Shown: positions 17,966 to 27,171 of the stretch, in pieces
Layout of the letters: each line of letters starts with the position of its first letter
How positions within the stretch are numbered: position 1 is the first letter of the stretch
DNA from: an uncultured Opitutales bacterium
GTDB lineage: Bacteria > Verrucomicrobiota > Verrucomicrobiia > Opitutales > Intestinicryptomonadaceae
Direction of reading: 5' to 3'
Assembly: GCA_900548185.1 (NCBI GenBank)
Contig: URJJ01000004.1
Coordinates: forward strand, 2,130 to 66,129
DNA: 64,000 nt
Program-made: the position numbers and the translations under genes
Notes under the pieces: model-generated
What the model saw: only the letters and a program-made list of their open reading frames with translations
Database searches by the model: none
Told to the model about the DNA's origin: nothing

Positions 17966-20182
17966 TTGCGCAAGCATTTTCTGGAGGATTTAGACATGGA
18001 CGGATTTGACGAAAACGGGGCGCCGGTGTGCGGCGTGTGGATTTCCCCAGACGGGCGCGCGCTTTTGAGCGTCCGCGCAAACGGCGGCGGGCGCGCCGAA
18101 ATTTCGCGGACATACAGGCCGTTTGTGTGGGCGTCGGCCGCGGCCGAACCGCTCGGGGGCTATTCCTCGTGCGAGCCGCTTTCGGGGCCGGAGGGCCTGC
18201 CGCTCGACAGGATTTTCCAGTTTGAAAATCCCGGGGACTACGGCGCTTTTCTCAAGTCCCGGCCGAGGGGCCTGCCGCTTGAGAAAGTGGCCTGCCTTGA
18301 AAACCAGTTTTTGATGGAGACGCGCGGGCGCATGTTTTCAGGCATGGCCTTTTCCGAAATCGCCCGCATGCAGCTTGACATAGAAACCTCCTCCGAGGGG
18401 GGATTCCCCGATCCGGCCAGGTCGGGGGACAGGGTTATAGCGGTTGGAATAGGCTTTCGCGGGGAAATCGAGATTTTGGAAATATCCGGGCTTTCCGACG
18501 CCGCCGAGGCCGAGCTGCTGGGCCGCCTGTCGGACAGGATACGGGCCCTCGACCCGGACACGATAGAGGGCCACAACATCTTCCGCTTCGACCTGGACTT
18601 CATACGCAGGCGCTCGAAGCGCCTCGGGGTCCCCATGGACTGGGGGCGATTCGGGGCGCCGTGCTCTTTCCGCTCAAGCCGCATAAAGATAGCCGAGCGC
18701 ATATTCGACTATCCCCGCTGCGACATCCCCGGCCGCACCGTGGTCGACACCCTGCTTCTCCTCCAGCTCTACGACATTTCGGCGCGCGAGCTCGACTCCT
18801 ATTCGCTGAAATCCGCCGCAATCCACTTCGGCTTCAGCCGCGAGGACGAGCGCACCTACATAGAGGGCTCGAAAATCCAGGACGCCTTCGCCTCCGACCG
18901 CGAGGCCTTCCGCCGCTACCTTTCAGACGACGTGCGCGAAACCCGCGAGCTGGCCTCAAGGCTCCTGCCGGCCTACGTCGCCCAGGTCCAGAACTTCCCG
19001 CTCACCCTCCAGGAATGCATGCTCAGGGGGACCGGCATGAAGGTCGAATACGTGTTTCTTGAGGAGTACCTCCACGCGCGCGCGAAGCTTCCCGAAGTCC
19101 CGCAGGCGGGCAACCTCGTCTCCGGCGGATTTTCCGAAAGCTTCAAAAGCGGGGTTTTTAAAAACGTCCTCCACTACGACGTTGCCTCCCTTTACCCAAG
19201 CCTCATGCTGGCAATCGGCAGGTGCCCGCAAAACGACTATCTGAAGGTGTTTTTGAGCGTGCTTTCCCGCCTGCGCTCGTACCGCCTTGAGTATAAAAAG
19301 CTCGCGCGCGAGGCTCGGGACCCCGGAGAGCGCAGCGAATATAACGCCCGGCAGGCCAGCTTCAAGATTCTCATAAATTCATTCTACGGATACCTGGGCC
19401 TCTCCACCGCGCGTTTCGGCGACGCGGCCCTGGCCGACGAAATAACGACGGCAGGCCGGGAGATTCTCGCGGGGCTCATATCGGATTTCACAAGCGAGGG
19501 ATGCGAGGTCCTTGAGGCCGACACGGACGGAATCTACGTTTCATGCGGAGAGTTTTTCGGGCATCCGGAAAAGCTGCTTCCCAGAGTGTCGTCGCGCCTC
19601 CCGAAGGGCGTGGAGCTGGAATTTGACGGGGCGTACCGCTCGATGTTCTGCTACAAGGCAAAGAACTACGCCCTCCTTGGCGAGGACGGCGTGCTCCTCA
19701 AAGGCTCGGCGCTCAGGAGCCGCTCGATGGAGGGCTTCCTGCGCAGGCTCACAAACGAATTCATAAATATCGAGCTTGGGGTTTCAGAGGCGGACATTTC
19801 CGAACTCATGGCCGGCCTGCGCGGAAAAATATCGGGGGGCGGCATGGACGTGTCGGAGCTTGCCAAAAGCGAGCATCTGGGGATGTCGGTCGAAGCCTAC
19901 CGGAAATCGGTTGCCGCTTCAGGCAAGGGGCGCCGGGCCGCGCTCGAGGCCGCGTCGAAGCTTTCGCCGCCTCCGAGGGTGGGCGACAGGGTGTCGTACT
20001 TTATTTCAAACGCCGAATTTGCAAAGGGGCCCGACTGGAAGCGCGCGTGGCCCGTTGAGATGTACGATTCTGAAAAGCTCCCCTACGACCCCGCCTACTA
20101 CCTGAAAAAAGTGGACGACTGGGCTGAAAAATTCGCCGAATTTCTACCGCGCGCCGAGCCTCTCCAGGGGGAGCTGTTTTAG
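17966..20182 (+). CDS. polB: Family B DNA polymerase (DNA polymerase II-like) with 3'-5' exonuclease domain
   Basis: Exo I DIETS; Exo II NIFRFDLDF; motif A DVASLYPS; motif B KILINSFYG; motif C EADTDGIYV. Confidence 0.9.
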   Translation: MRKHFLEDLDMDGFDENGAPVCGVWISPDGRALLSVRANGGGRAEISRTYRPFVWASAAAEPLGGYSSCEPLSGPEGLPLDRIFQFENPGDYGAFLKSRPRGLPLEKVACLENQFLMETRGRMFSGMAFSEIARMQLDIETSSEGGFPDPARSGDRVIAVGIGFRGEIEILEISGLSDAAEAELLGRLSDRIRALDPDTIEGHNIFRFDLDFIRRRSKRLGVPMDWGRFGAPCSFRSSRIKIAERIFDYPRCDIPGRTVVDTLLLLQLYDISARELDSYSLKSAAIHFGFSREDERTYIEGSKIQDAFASDREAFRRYLSDDVRETRELASRLLPAYVAQVQNFPLTLQECMLRGTGMKVEYVFLEEYLHARAKLPEVPQAGNLVSGGFSESFKSGVFKNVLHYDVASLYPSLMLAIGRCPQNDYLKVFLSVLSRLRSYRLEYKKLAREARDPGERSEYNARQASFKILINSFYGYLGLSTARFGDAALADEITTAGREILAGLISDFTSEGCEVLEADTDGIYVSCGEFFGHPEKLLPRVSSRLPKGVELEFDGAYRSMFCYKAKNYALLGEDGVLLKGSALRSRSMEGFLRRLTNEFINIELGVSEADISELMAGLRGKISGGGMDVSELAKSEHLGMSVEAYRKSVAASGKGRRAALEAASKLSPPPRVGDRVSYFISNAEFAKGPDWKRAWPVEMYDSEKLPYDPAYYLKKVDDWAEKFAEFLPRAEPLQGELF

Positions 20183-20434
20183 CGAAGCAAATGGCGCGTC
20201 TTCTGCCGGGTTTCCGTCGGATGCCCCGCGCCGGTAGCGCGGGAGCCGTTGCCCGCCTTCTGTTTGGTGCAAATTAAATTGCAAAAGACCCGCCGAGGCT
20301 GCCGGGGGAGGGCGGCCTTGTAATTTTTCCCGAATCCAGCCTCGCGGCGGTTGTGTTTGGGAGAGCCTTTTGCGGCGGCCAAAGTGGCGGGCTTTTTTAA
20401 TGCCGGATGCGCGGGGCGCAGGCGCCGTCTGTCA

Positions 20435-21325
20435 TCACTGAGAATCGCCGCTGCGAGGCTCGCCGTCCGGCGTGGCGCAACCGGGGTCTTCCGACGGGGG
20501 ATGGTAGGAGGAGCGCGCAAGCGGCGCGCTCAGGACGCTCCTGAACCCGGCTGAAAGCGCGAACTTGCGTATGCATTCAAATTCCGACGGCTCTGCCCAC
20601 CTCTCAAGCGGGGCGTGGCGCGGCGAAGGGGGGATGTACTGGCCGACCGTGAGCATCGACGCCCCCGCAGCGCGGATGTCGAGTATGCATTCCCGCACTT
20701 CGTCCACGGTTTCCCCGAGCCCCAGCATTATACCGCTTTTGGTTTCGATTCCGGCGAGGGCCGCCCGGGAGAGCACCGAGAGGGAGGTGTCGTAGTCGGC
20801 GGCGCCGCGCACGGGCTTCTGGAGCCTGCGGACGGTTTCGAGGTTGTGGTTGAATACGTCCGGGCGCGATGCGGCCACGGTGTCGATGTCGCGGATGCGG
20901 CCCCTGAAATCCGGCACGAGTATTTCGATTTTCGCCCCGGGCAGGCGTCTGCGCAGTTCGAGGACGGTTTGAGCCCAATGGCCGGCCCCACCGTCGGGGA
21001 GGTCGTCGCGGGTGACAGAAGTGAGCGTCACATATTTTAGCCCCAGCATGGCGGCCGCCTCGGCCGTTCGCGCGGGCTCCCCGGGGTCCGGGGCGCACGG
21101 CCTGCCGTGGGGGACGGCGCAGAAGCGGCAGGCCCGCGTGCAGTTTTCACCAAGTATCATGAAGGCCGCCGATTTTCTGGCCCAGCAGTCGCCGAGGTTG
21201 GGGCACTTGGCCGAGCGGCACACCGTCGGCACCCCGAGGGATTCCGTTGCCGCCCGGGTGCGCGAAAATTCGTTTCCCGAGGAGAGGTTCACCTTGAGCC
21301 ACGGGGGCTTTCTTCTCGTTTCCAT
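20435..21325 (-). CDS. lipA: Lipoyl synthase
   Basis: An N-terminal auxiliary cluster (CPNLGDC) and the radical-SAM motif CTRACRFC are present. The start was chosen at the internal METRRKPPWLKV; the longer ORF would overlap the hemN 3' end. Confidence 0.9.
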   Translation of the reverse strand: METRRKPPWLKVNLSSGNEFSRTRAATESLGVPTVCRSAKCPNLGDCWARKSAAFMILGENCTRACRFCAVPHGRPCAPDPGEPARTAEAAAMLGLKYVTLTSVTRDDLPDGGAGHWAQTVLELRRRLPGAKIEILVPDFRGRIRDIDTVAASRPDVFNHNLETVRRLQKPVRGAADYDTSLSVLSRAALAGIETKSGIMLGLGETVDEVRECILDIRAAGASMLTVGQYIPPSPRHAPLERWAEPSEFECIRKFALSAGFRSVLSAPLARSSYHPPSEDPGCATPDGEPRSGDSQ

Positions 21326-21329
21326 CGCA

Positions 21330-22682
21330 CTAGAGGGTCTTTGAATATTTCCCCTTTTCCGCGCCGAGCCTGCCGTCGAAGGGCATTGCGATGTTGCGCA
21401 AAAAGAGCCTTCCCAGGTCGGTGACGCGCAGGCCGGAGCCGGAGATTTCCACAAGGCCGTCGCCCTCCATTCCGGCGAGCGAGGCGAGGGCTTTGGCGAA
21501 CTTTTCACCAAACGGCATCCCGAGCTTCGTCTCGTACTTTTTGAAGTCCAGGCGCAGGTTGCACATTATGTCCATTATGACCCCCCTGCGCAGCTCGTCC
21601 TCTTCTGAAAGCTCTATGCCCCTTTCTATCGGCAGGATTCCGGCATGCACCGATGCTTCGTAGGCGGAGTAGTCCTTTAAGTTCTGGCGGTAGGTGGAGC
21701 GCGTCTGGGATATGGAGGTAAGCCCTATTGCGAAGGTTTCCAGGCCGGCGCGCGTGCTGTATCCCTGGAAGTTCCGCTGGAGGGTTCCGTTTTTTCTCGC
21801 GAGTATCAGCTCGTCCCCGGGGAGGGCGAAGTGGTCCAGGCCGATATACTCGAACCCCGCCCCCGCGAAGGCCGACATGGCGTCGGTGAAAAGCCCAACC
21901 TTTTCGGCGCCGGAGGCCATAGGATACTTTTCAAGCGCCCTTTGCGCCGATTTCATCCACGGGACGTGGGCGTAGTTGAAGAGGGCTATCCTGTCGGGCG
22001 AAAGCGCCAGGGCGTCTGAGAGGGTCTTTTGGAAGTTGTCCCGCGTCTGAAGCGGAAGCCCGTACATGAGGTCGGCGTTTATTCTGGAAATGCCCGAGGA
22101 GCGCAGCCATTCCACCGCGCGCAGGTTCGCCTCCTGCGGCTGGATGCGGCCCACGGCCTTCTGGACTTCCGCGTTTGTGTCCTGGACTCCTATGGATGCG
22201 CGGTTTGCGCCGATTTCCGCAAAGGCTTCCACCTTGTCCAGCGCAAGGGTGCGCGGGTCTAGCTCGACGGAAAATTCGCAGGGCTTTTCGATGTCGAAGC
22301 TGCCCGATATTATCGCGCCAAGGCGCCGGATTTGGGCGGGCGAAAGGAAGTTCGGCGTGCCTCCCCCGAAGTGTATCTGGCCGAGGGGGCACCTTTCAAG
22401 CCCCGCCTTTTTCCAGAGGGCGAGCTCCGCCTCCAGAAGCGACAGGTATTCGTCGGCCTTTTCCTGCCGCGTGCACACGCTTGAGGAGCAGCCGCAAAAG
22501 AGGCATACCGTGCGGCAGAACGGGATGTGGATGTAAAGCGAGCGCGGGTTGCGGCTTTCCACTGCGCGCGCGGCGAGCAGGGCCTTGTCCGCCTGGGGCG
22601 AGAAGTGCGGGGCGGTGGGGTAGGAGGTGTAGCGCGGCCCGGGGGTCTCGTACTTCATTATGAGGTCTGGAAGCCCGCTCAT
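21330..22682 (-). CDS. hemN: Oxygen-independent coproporphyrinogen III oxidase (radical SAM)
   Basis: YIHIPFCRTVCLFCGC radical-SAM motif and typical HemN N-terminus. The start overlaps the hemE stop by 4 nt. Confidence 0.9.
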   Translation of the reverse strand: MSGLPDLIMKYETPGPRYTSYPTAPHFSPQADKALLAARAVESRNPRSLYIHIPFCRTVCLFCGCSSSVCTRQEKADEYLSLLEAELALWKKAGLERCPLGQIHFGGGTPNFLSPAQIRRLGAIISGSFDIEKPCEFSVELDPRTLALDKVEAFAEIGANRASIGVQDTNAEVQKAVGRIQPQEANLRAVEWLRSSGISRINADLMYGLPLQTRDNFQKTLSDALALSPDRIALFNYAHVPWMKSAQRALEKYPMASGAEKVGLFTDAMSAFAGAGFEYIGLDHFALPGDELILARKNGTLQRNFQGYSTRAGLETFAIGLTSISQTRSTYRQNLKDYSAYEASVHAGILPIERGIELSEEDELRRGVIMDIMCNLRLDFKKYETKLGMPFGEKFAKALASLAGMEGDGLVEISGSGLRVTDLGRLFLRNIAMPFDGRLGAEKGKYSKTL

Positions 22683-23710
22683 CTTGCGGCCTCCTTTGCG
22701 GCCCGCACGAACGCCTCGACGTTTTCGATTTTTGCGTCGGGGCGTATGCCGTGGCCAAGGTTCAGTATGTGGCGGCCGAACGGGGACATCGAATCCAGTA
22801 TGGCGCGGGTCTTTGCAAACACCTCGCCCGGCTCTGATTCGGAAAGCTCGGCAGGGTCGAGGTTGCCCTGGAGGCAGGGCTTCGAGGGGGCTGAGCGCGC
22901 GATATTTGCCATGTCTGACTTCGCGTCCACTCCGTACGCGCCGGCGCCCGTTTGCTCAATCTCTTCAAAGCGCCCCGCCATTCCGTTTGCAAAGAGTATG
23001 GAGGGAACCTTTCCCCCCAGGCGCGAGAGCACTTCGGCAACATACCCGCCGGAGAGCTCGCCATAGCGCCCTGCGGGGGCAAGATGCGCCTGGGAGTCGA
23101 AAATCTGCACGGCGTCTGCGCCGCATTCGGCCTGCATTGAAAGGTATTCCGCTGTCGCCACTGTTAGCCTTTCCATGAGGGCGCGGAACACATCGGGGGC
23201 GTTTTTTATCATCGACTGGAATTTTGGAAAGTCCGGGGACGACCCGCCCTCCACCATGTACGAGGCAAGCGTAAACGGGGAGGCTGCAAAGCCGATTACG
23301 GCCTTTTGGGGAAGCTCGCCCCTCAGCATCGAAAGCGCCCTTGCCGCATAGGCCGCCCTTTCGCGAATGGATTCGGCAGGCGGCATGCTCTCCACGTCCT
23401 CCATCGTGCGCACCGTGCGCTCAAGGCCGATGCCGCCGGCGTCGCGGAAGTGGTACGGGAACCCGAGGGCTTCGGCTGCCACCAGTATGTCCGAAAAGAG
23501 AATCGCGCAGTCGAAGTCGAAGCGCCTTATGGGCTGGAGGGCGGCCTCCAGCGAAAGCTCGGGGGTCTTTACTATTTCAATGAAGCTTCTCGATGATTTC
23601 AGCTCCCTGTATTCCGGCAGGTAGCGCCCCGCCTGCCTCATTATCCAAAACGGCGCCCTCGGCGCGTTTTCCCCGCATAGCGCGGCGCGGAAAAGTTCCC
23701 TGGAATTCAT
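22679..23710 (-). CDS. hemE: Uroporphyrinogen decarboxylase
   Basis: The PFWIMRQAGRYLPEY motif is diagnostic of HemE. Confidence 0.9.
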   Translation of the reverse strand: MNSRELFRAALCGENAPRAPFWIMRQAGRYLPEYRELKSSRSFIEIVKTPELSLEAALQPIRRFDFDCAILFSDILVAAEALGFPYHFRDAGGIGLERTVRTMEDVESMPPAESIRERAAYAARALSMLRGELPQKAVIGFAASPFTLASYMVEGGSSPDFPKFQSMIKNAPDVFRALMERLTVATAEYLSMQAECGADAVQIFDSQAHLAPAGRYGELSGGYVAEVLSRLGGKVPSILFANGMAGRFEEIEQTGAGAYGVDAKSDMANIARSAPSKPCLQGNLDPAELSESEPGEVFAKTRAILDSMSPFGRHILNLGHGIRPDAKIENVEAFVRAAKEAAR

Positions 23711-25254
23711 TGCAGTCCCCTTCTTTTTAGTATGTTTTTAAGCTCGCGAAATCCCCCGAAACGCATTGCCCAGAGCGCGGCGGCGTAAACCGCGACCCCG
23801 CCCGGGATGAGGGCGGCGCAGGAGGCGAGGGCGGCCGCCCTGCCGTCCAGAAAAAGCCGGATGCCGTGCCTTCCCGCGAGAACCGCCGCAGCCATTACCG
23901 CGGCGGCGGCGGCAATTTTTGCAGTTTCCCGCGCCGCGTTTCCGGCGGAGCGCCTCCTTGAAAATGCGAAGTTCAGGGCGGCGGCCTGAAATATGCCGCT
24001 TGCGACGTTTGCCGCGACAAGCCCCCTCGCCTCGAACGGCCCCATGAGCGCCAGGGCGAGCGCGAGGTTCACGGCAAATGCCGCGGCCGACACCATCATG
24101 GGCGTGCGCGTGTCCTTGAGCGAATGGAATCCGCGCGCCGAGAATGTCGCAAGCGAGTAAAACGGGATTCCCGCCGCGCTTATCGCAAGCACGGGCGCGC
24201 ATTTTTCCACATCCGCCGTGCCGAACCGCCCCCACTCAAAAAGCGTTTGCAGTATGTCCGGGGACAGGGCGGCAAGCCCGGCTGCGGCCGGCACGGTTAT
24301 GAACATGAGCGACACCAGCGCCCTCGCATACTCCCTTGAATACTCTCCGCTCTTTTCCGCCTCCGAAATCATGGCAAGCTTCGGAAAATACACCGTGACT
24401 ATCGCGAAAGTGAACATCCCGAGCGGAAGCTCCACGAGCCTGCTTGACACGTATATGGCGCTCACTGCGACGTCGTTTACCCAGAGTGCCAGGGCGTTTG
24501 AGGCGAACATGTTTGCCTGTATTATCCCGGCGCCGACGAGGGCGGGCGCGAATATTGAAAAGAATTCCGAAACTTCCGGGGAGCCCGAGAAGTCCGGCTT
24601 GAAGCGCCACCCCTTTGACCTTAGCTCCATTGCGGGGATTGCAAGCTGGGCCGCCCCGCCGGCCAGCACGCCCGCGCACATGGCCGCCGCCACCCCCTCG
24701 GGCGGCGCCCCCATCGCGGCCCCCGCAAGCAGGATTGACGATATTATCGCGATGTTCAGCCACACCGCAGTAAGGGCCGGGAGGGCGAAATACCCCATGA
24801 CATTGAGCGAGGCGCATATGACGGCCGCAAGGCATATCATCAGCATGTACGGCATCATGACGGCCGCGTATGCGGAGCAGAGGGCGTATTTTTCGACCCC
24901 TCCCAGAAGCGCGTGCGCCGCAACCGCAGCCCCCGCCGCCACAATGACAATCGCAAGCAGGGCCGCCGCGCTGCGCGTCAGAATGCGGTTCAGAAATTCA
25001 AACGCCTTTTCCTTCCCGCCGCTTTTCAGGGTCTGCGAGAAAACCGGGATGAATGCCGACGACATCGCCCCCTCGCCCATGAGCCTCCGGAAAAGGTTGG
25101 GGACCATGAAGGCGAAAATGAAGGCCGCGCTCACCGCGTTTACGCCGAGGTAGGCCATCGTGAGCATGTCGCGCGCCAGGCCGAGCACGCGGGAGCCGAG
25201 GGTTCCCGTCGAAACTTTCAGGATGTTTTTGAGGCTCTGTGGCAGATGCGGCAT
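23707..25254 (-). CDS. murJ: Lipid II flippase MurJ (MviN family)
   Basis: About 14 TM segments. The N-terminus SRVLGLARDM...AFIPVF is typical of MurJ. Start chosen at the internal Met (MPHLPQSL). Confidence 0.85.
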   Translation of the reverse strand: MPHLPQSLKNILKVSTGTLGSRVLGLARDMLTMAYLGVNAVSAAFIFAFMVPNLFRRLMGEGAMSSAFIPVFSQTLKSGGKEKAFEFLNRILTRSAAALLAIVIVAAGAAVAAHALLGGVEKYALCSAYAAVMMPYMLMICLAAVICASLNVMGYFALPALTAVWLNIAIISSILLAGAAMGAPPEGVAAAMCAGVLAGGAAQLAIPAMELRSKGWRFKPDFSGSPEVSEFFSIFAPALVGAGIIQANMFASNALALWVNDVAVSAIYVSSRLVELPLGMFTFAIVTVYFPKLAMISEAEKSGEYSREYARALVSLMFITVPAAAGLAALSPDILQTLFEWGRFGTADVEKCAPVLAISAAGIPFYSLATFSARGFHSLKDTRTPMMVSAAAFAVNLALALALMGPFEARGLVAANVASGIFQAAALNFAFSRRRSAGNAARETAKIAAAAAVMAAAVLAGRHGIRLFLDGRAAALASCAALIPGGVAVYAAALWAMRFGGFRELKNILKRRGLQ

Positions 25255-25277
25255 TGCGTATCCTGCGGGCGCCGGCG

Positions 25278-26366
25278 TCAGCGGACCACCCAGTCGTACG
25301 GGTAGTCGGAAAGCTTGCGGCAGCCGGAGGCCCCCACCAGAACGTTGTCCTCTATGCGGCATCCGCCGAGGCCGGGGTAGTACAGCCCTGGCTCAACCGT
25401 CACCACCTGCCCCGCGCGCAAAATGTTCCTTGCCGTTCCCAGCCTCGGGCTTTCGTGGACTTCGAGGCCGAGGCCGTGGCCCGTCGAGTGGAAGAATCCC
25501 CGCCACTCCCCGCCTTCCCGGGAGGTCTTGTAGCCGCGCGATTCAAACACACCGGCGGCGCGGGCGTGCACCCTGTCGGCGCGGGCGCCCGCCTTCACGA
25601 GCTTCATGGCCTCGTCCTGGGCGAGCTTCACGGTTTCGACCAGCCTGGACTGCGCGTCGCTGGGCGCGCCCTTCAGAAACGTTCGGGTCATGTCGCCGTA
25701 ATATCCTGAGGACTTCATGCGCGGGAAGATGTCGAACACCATGAGGGAGCCCGCCCGGATTTTCCCGAAGCCCTCGCAGTGGGGGTCGCATGCCTGGTCG
25801 CCCGCGGCGGCTATCGTGTGCTTTGACTCGGCCCCCATGCGCAGGCATGCCGCCTCTATTTCAAACTTGAGCGCCTCCGATGTGAGGTGCCTGCCGCGCC
25901 ACTTGATAAACCTTCCGCTCACGGAGCTTTCCGAGAGGATTTCCCTCACGCGCGCGAATGCCGAGGATGCGGCGGCGTTCGCCTTGGATATTTCCCCCGC
26001 CTCCCATTCGGACTTTATTTCCCTCTGCGGAAAGAACGGGCCCCGGCGCACGGATATGCCGAGCCCCCCGGATGCCAGGCGGACGTACATGCCGGCGGGA
26101 AAGTCTTCGGGGACTTCTACGCGCCTTATGCCGAGGGCCGAAAACGCCGCCGCCAGGTCGTCGCAGGGGTCGGGCGAGGCCGATTCAAAAATTTCGTCGA
26201 ACGCTGACTCCCTCCTTGCGCGCCCAATTTCAAGGCGCGAAAAAATGGCGCATTTCCTGCCCTTTGAGGTGAAGGCGAAAACGGGGTCCGGAATGTTCAT
26301 TTTCGCGAAATAAAGCATGTCCGGGGACGCTTCGGTGGATGCATATATCAGCTTTTCCGCTTTCAT
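25278..26366 (-). CDS. M24-family Xaa-Pro aminopeptidase/dipeptidase
   Basis: The C-terminal pita-bread domain carries metal ligands (HSTGHGLGLEVHE, EPGLY, IEDNV). Confidence 0.8.
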   Translation of the reverse strand: MKAEKLIYASTEASPDMLYFAKMNIPDPVFAFTSKGRKCAIFSRLEIGRARRESAFDEIFESASPDPCDDLAAAFSALGIRRVEVPEDFPAGMYVRLASGGLGISVRRGPFFPQREIKSEWEAGEISKANAAASSAFARVREILSESSVSGRFIKWRGRHLTSEALKFEIEAACLRMGAESKHTIAAAGDQACDPHCEGFGKIRAGSLMVFDIFPRMKSSGYYGDMTRTFLKGAPSDAQSRLVETVKLAQDEAMKLVKAGARADRVHARAAGVFESRGYKTSREGGEWRGFFHSTGHGLGLEVHESPRLGTARNILRAGQVVTVEPGLYYPGLGGCRIEDNVLVGASGCRKLSDYPYDWVVR

Positions 26367-26410
26367 AAAATAGTTGCGCCGGATACAAACATATATAAAC
26401 CTCTTTTGCC

Positions 26411-26887
26411 ATGAAAATTTTCAGCTTTTTGGGCGCATTGGCGGCCGCGCTTCTCGCGGGATGCGGGCCTTCCGCCTCGGGGCCTGCGCCGTTTTCGGAA
26501 ACCTTCGGAATGAGGTTCGCCTCTGTCCCGTTTTCGGCGAGGATTGCGCTGGAGCCCTCCGAGCGCGCGCGGGGGCTCATGGGCGCCGCGTCCCTCCCGG
26601 AAAACGAGGGCATGATTTTTGTAAATGAAATCCCGTGCCAGGCGTCGTTTTGGATGAAGAACGTCCCGATACCGCTGGACATCGCGTTCGTTGACCCGGA
26701 GGGGAGGATTCTCCAGGTCCGCCGGATGTTTCCGCACGACGAAACGCCCGTCGAAAGCTCCTCCCAGAACGTGCTTTACTGCGTGGAAATGAACGCCGGA
26801 TGGTTCGAGAAAAACGGCCTCAAAAGCGGCGACAGGCTCGACATGGACCTCTTTCTGAAAGCCCTTGGGGCGAGGAGGGGGGAATGA
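26411..26887 (+). CDS. DUF192 domain lipoprotein
   Basis: Signal peptide with lipobox (LLAGCG). DUF192 core: MRFASVP...IPLDIAFVDPEGRIL. Confidence 0.75.
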   Translation: MKIFSFLGALAAALLAGCGPSASGPAPFSETFGMRFASVPFSARIALEPSERARGLMGAASLPENEGMIFVNEIPCQASFWMKNVPIPLDIAFVDPEGRILQVRRMFPHDETPVESSSQNVLYCVEMNAGWFEKNGLKSGDRLDMDLFLKALGARRGE

Positions 26888-27171
26888 GCGGGCGGGGATT
26901 TGCCGCGTCGAGGTTTTCTGCGAAAAAGGGGATAGTGCTCGCTGTCTCCTTCCTGGCGGCGGTGCTTGCGTGGGCGGGCGCTTACGCATATTTCTCCTCG
27001 CAGATGACCCCGTCCCAGAAAAACGCGCCCATCGATGTCAAAAACGGCTCCGGGCTGACGCGCGCAAAGGCTTACATAGATTCGACCTCCGCCGCCGGAA
27101 TCGCGTTTTGCGCGACTTCCGCCGCCCTCCTCTTGGCCGGGCGGGCTGGGAGGGGGAAGGCCGGGAAATGA
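26884..27171 (+). CDS. Small membrane protein (95 aa), hypothetical
   Basis: The ATG overlaps the DUF192 stop as ATGA, and its own stop overlaps the mnmE start as ATGA. Two hydrophobic segments. No recognisable family. Confidence 0.4.
   Translation: MSGRGFAASRFSAKKGIVLAVSFLAAVLAWAGAYAYFSSQMTPSQKNAPIDVKNGSGLTRAKAYIDSTSAAGIAFCATSAALLLAGRAGRGKAGK

Noticed and set aside
21326-21511. Longer N-terminal extension of lipA (start at 21511)
   Set aside because: The extension is Ser/Pro-rich and non-conserved, and it would overlap the 3' end of hemN by about 180 nt. The internal Met at 21325 gives a canonical LipA N-terminus.
25255-25362. Longer N-terminal extension of murJ
   Set aside because: The upstream 36 codons are Gly/Arg-rich and would overlap the M24 peptidase gene. 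The internal Met gives the typical MurJ start.
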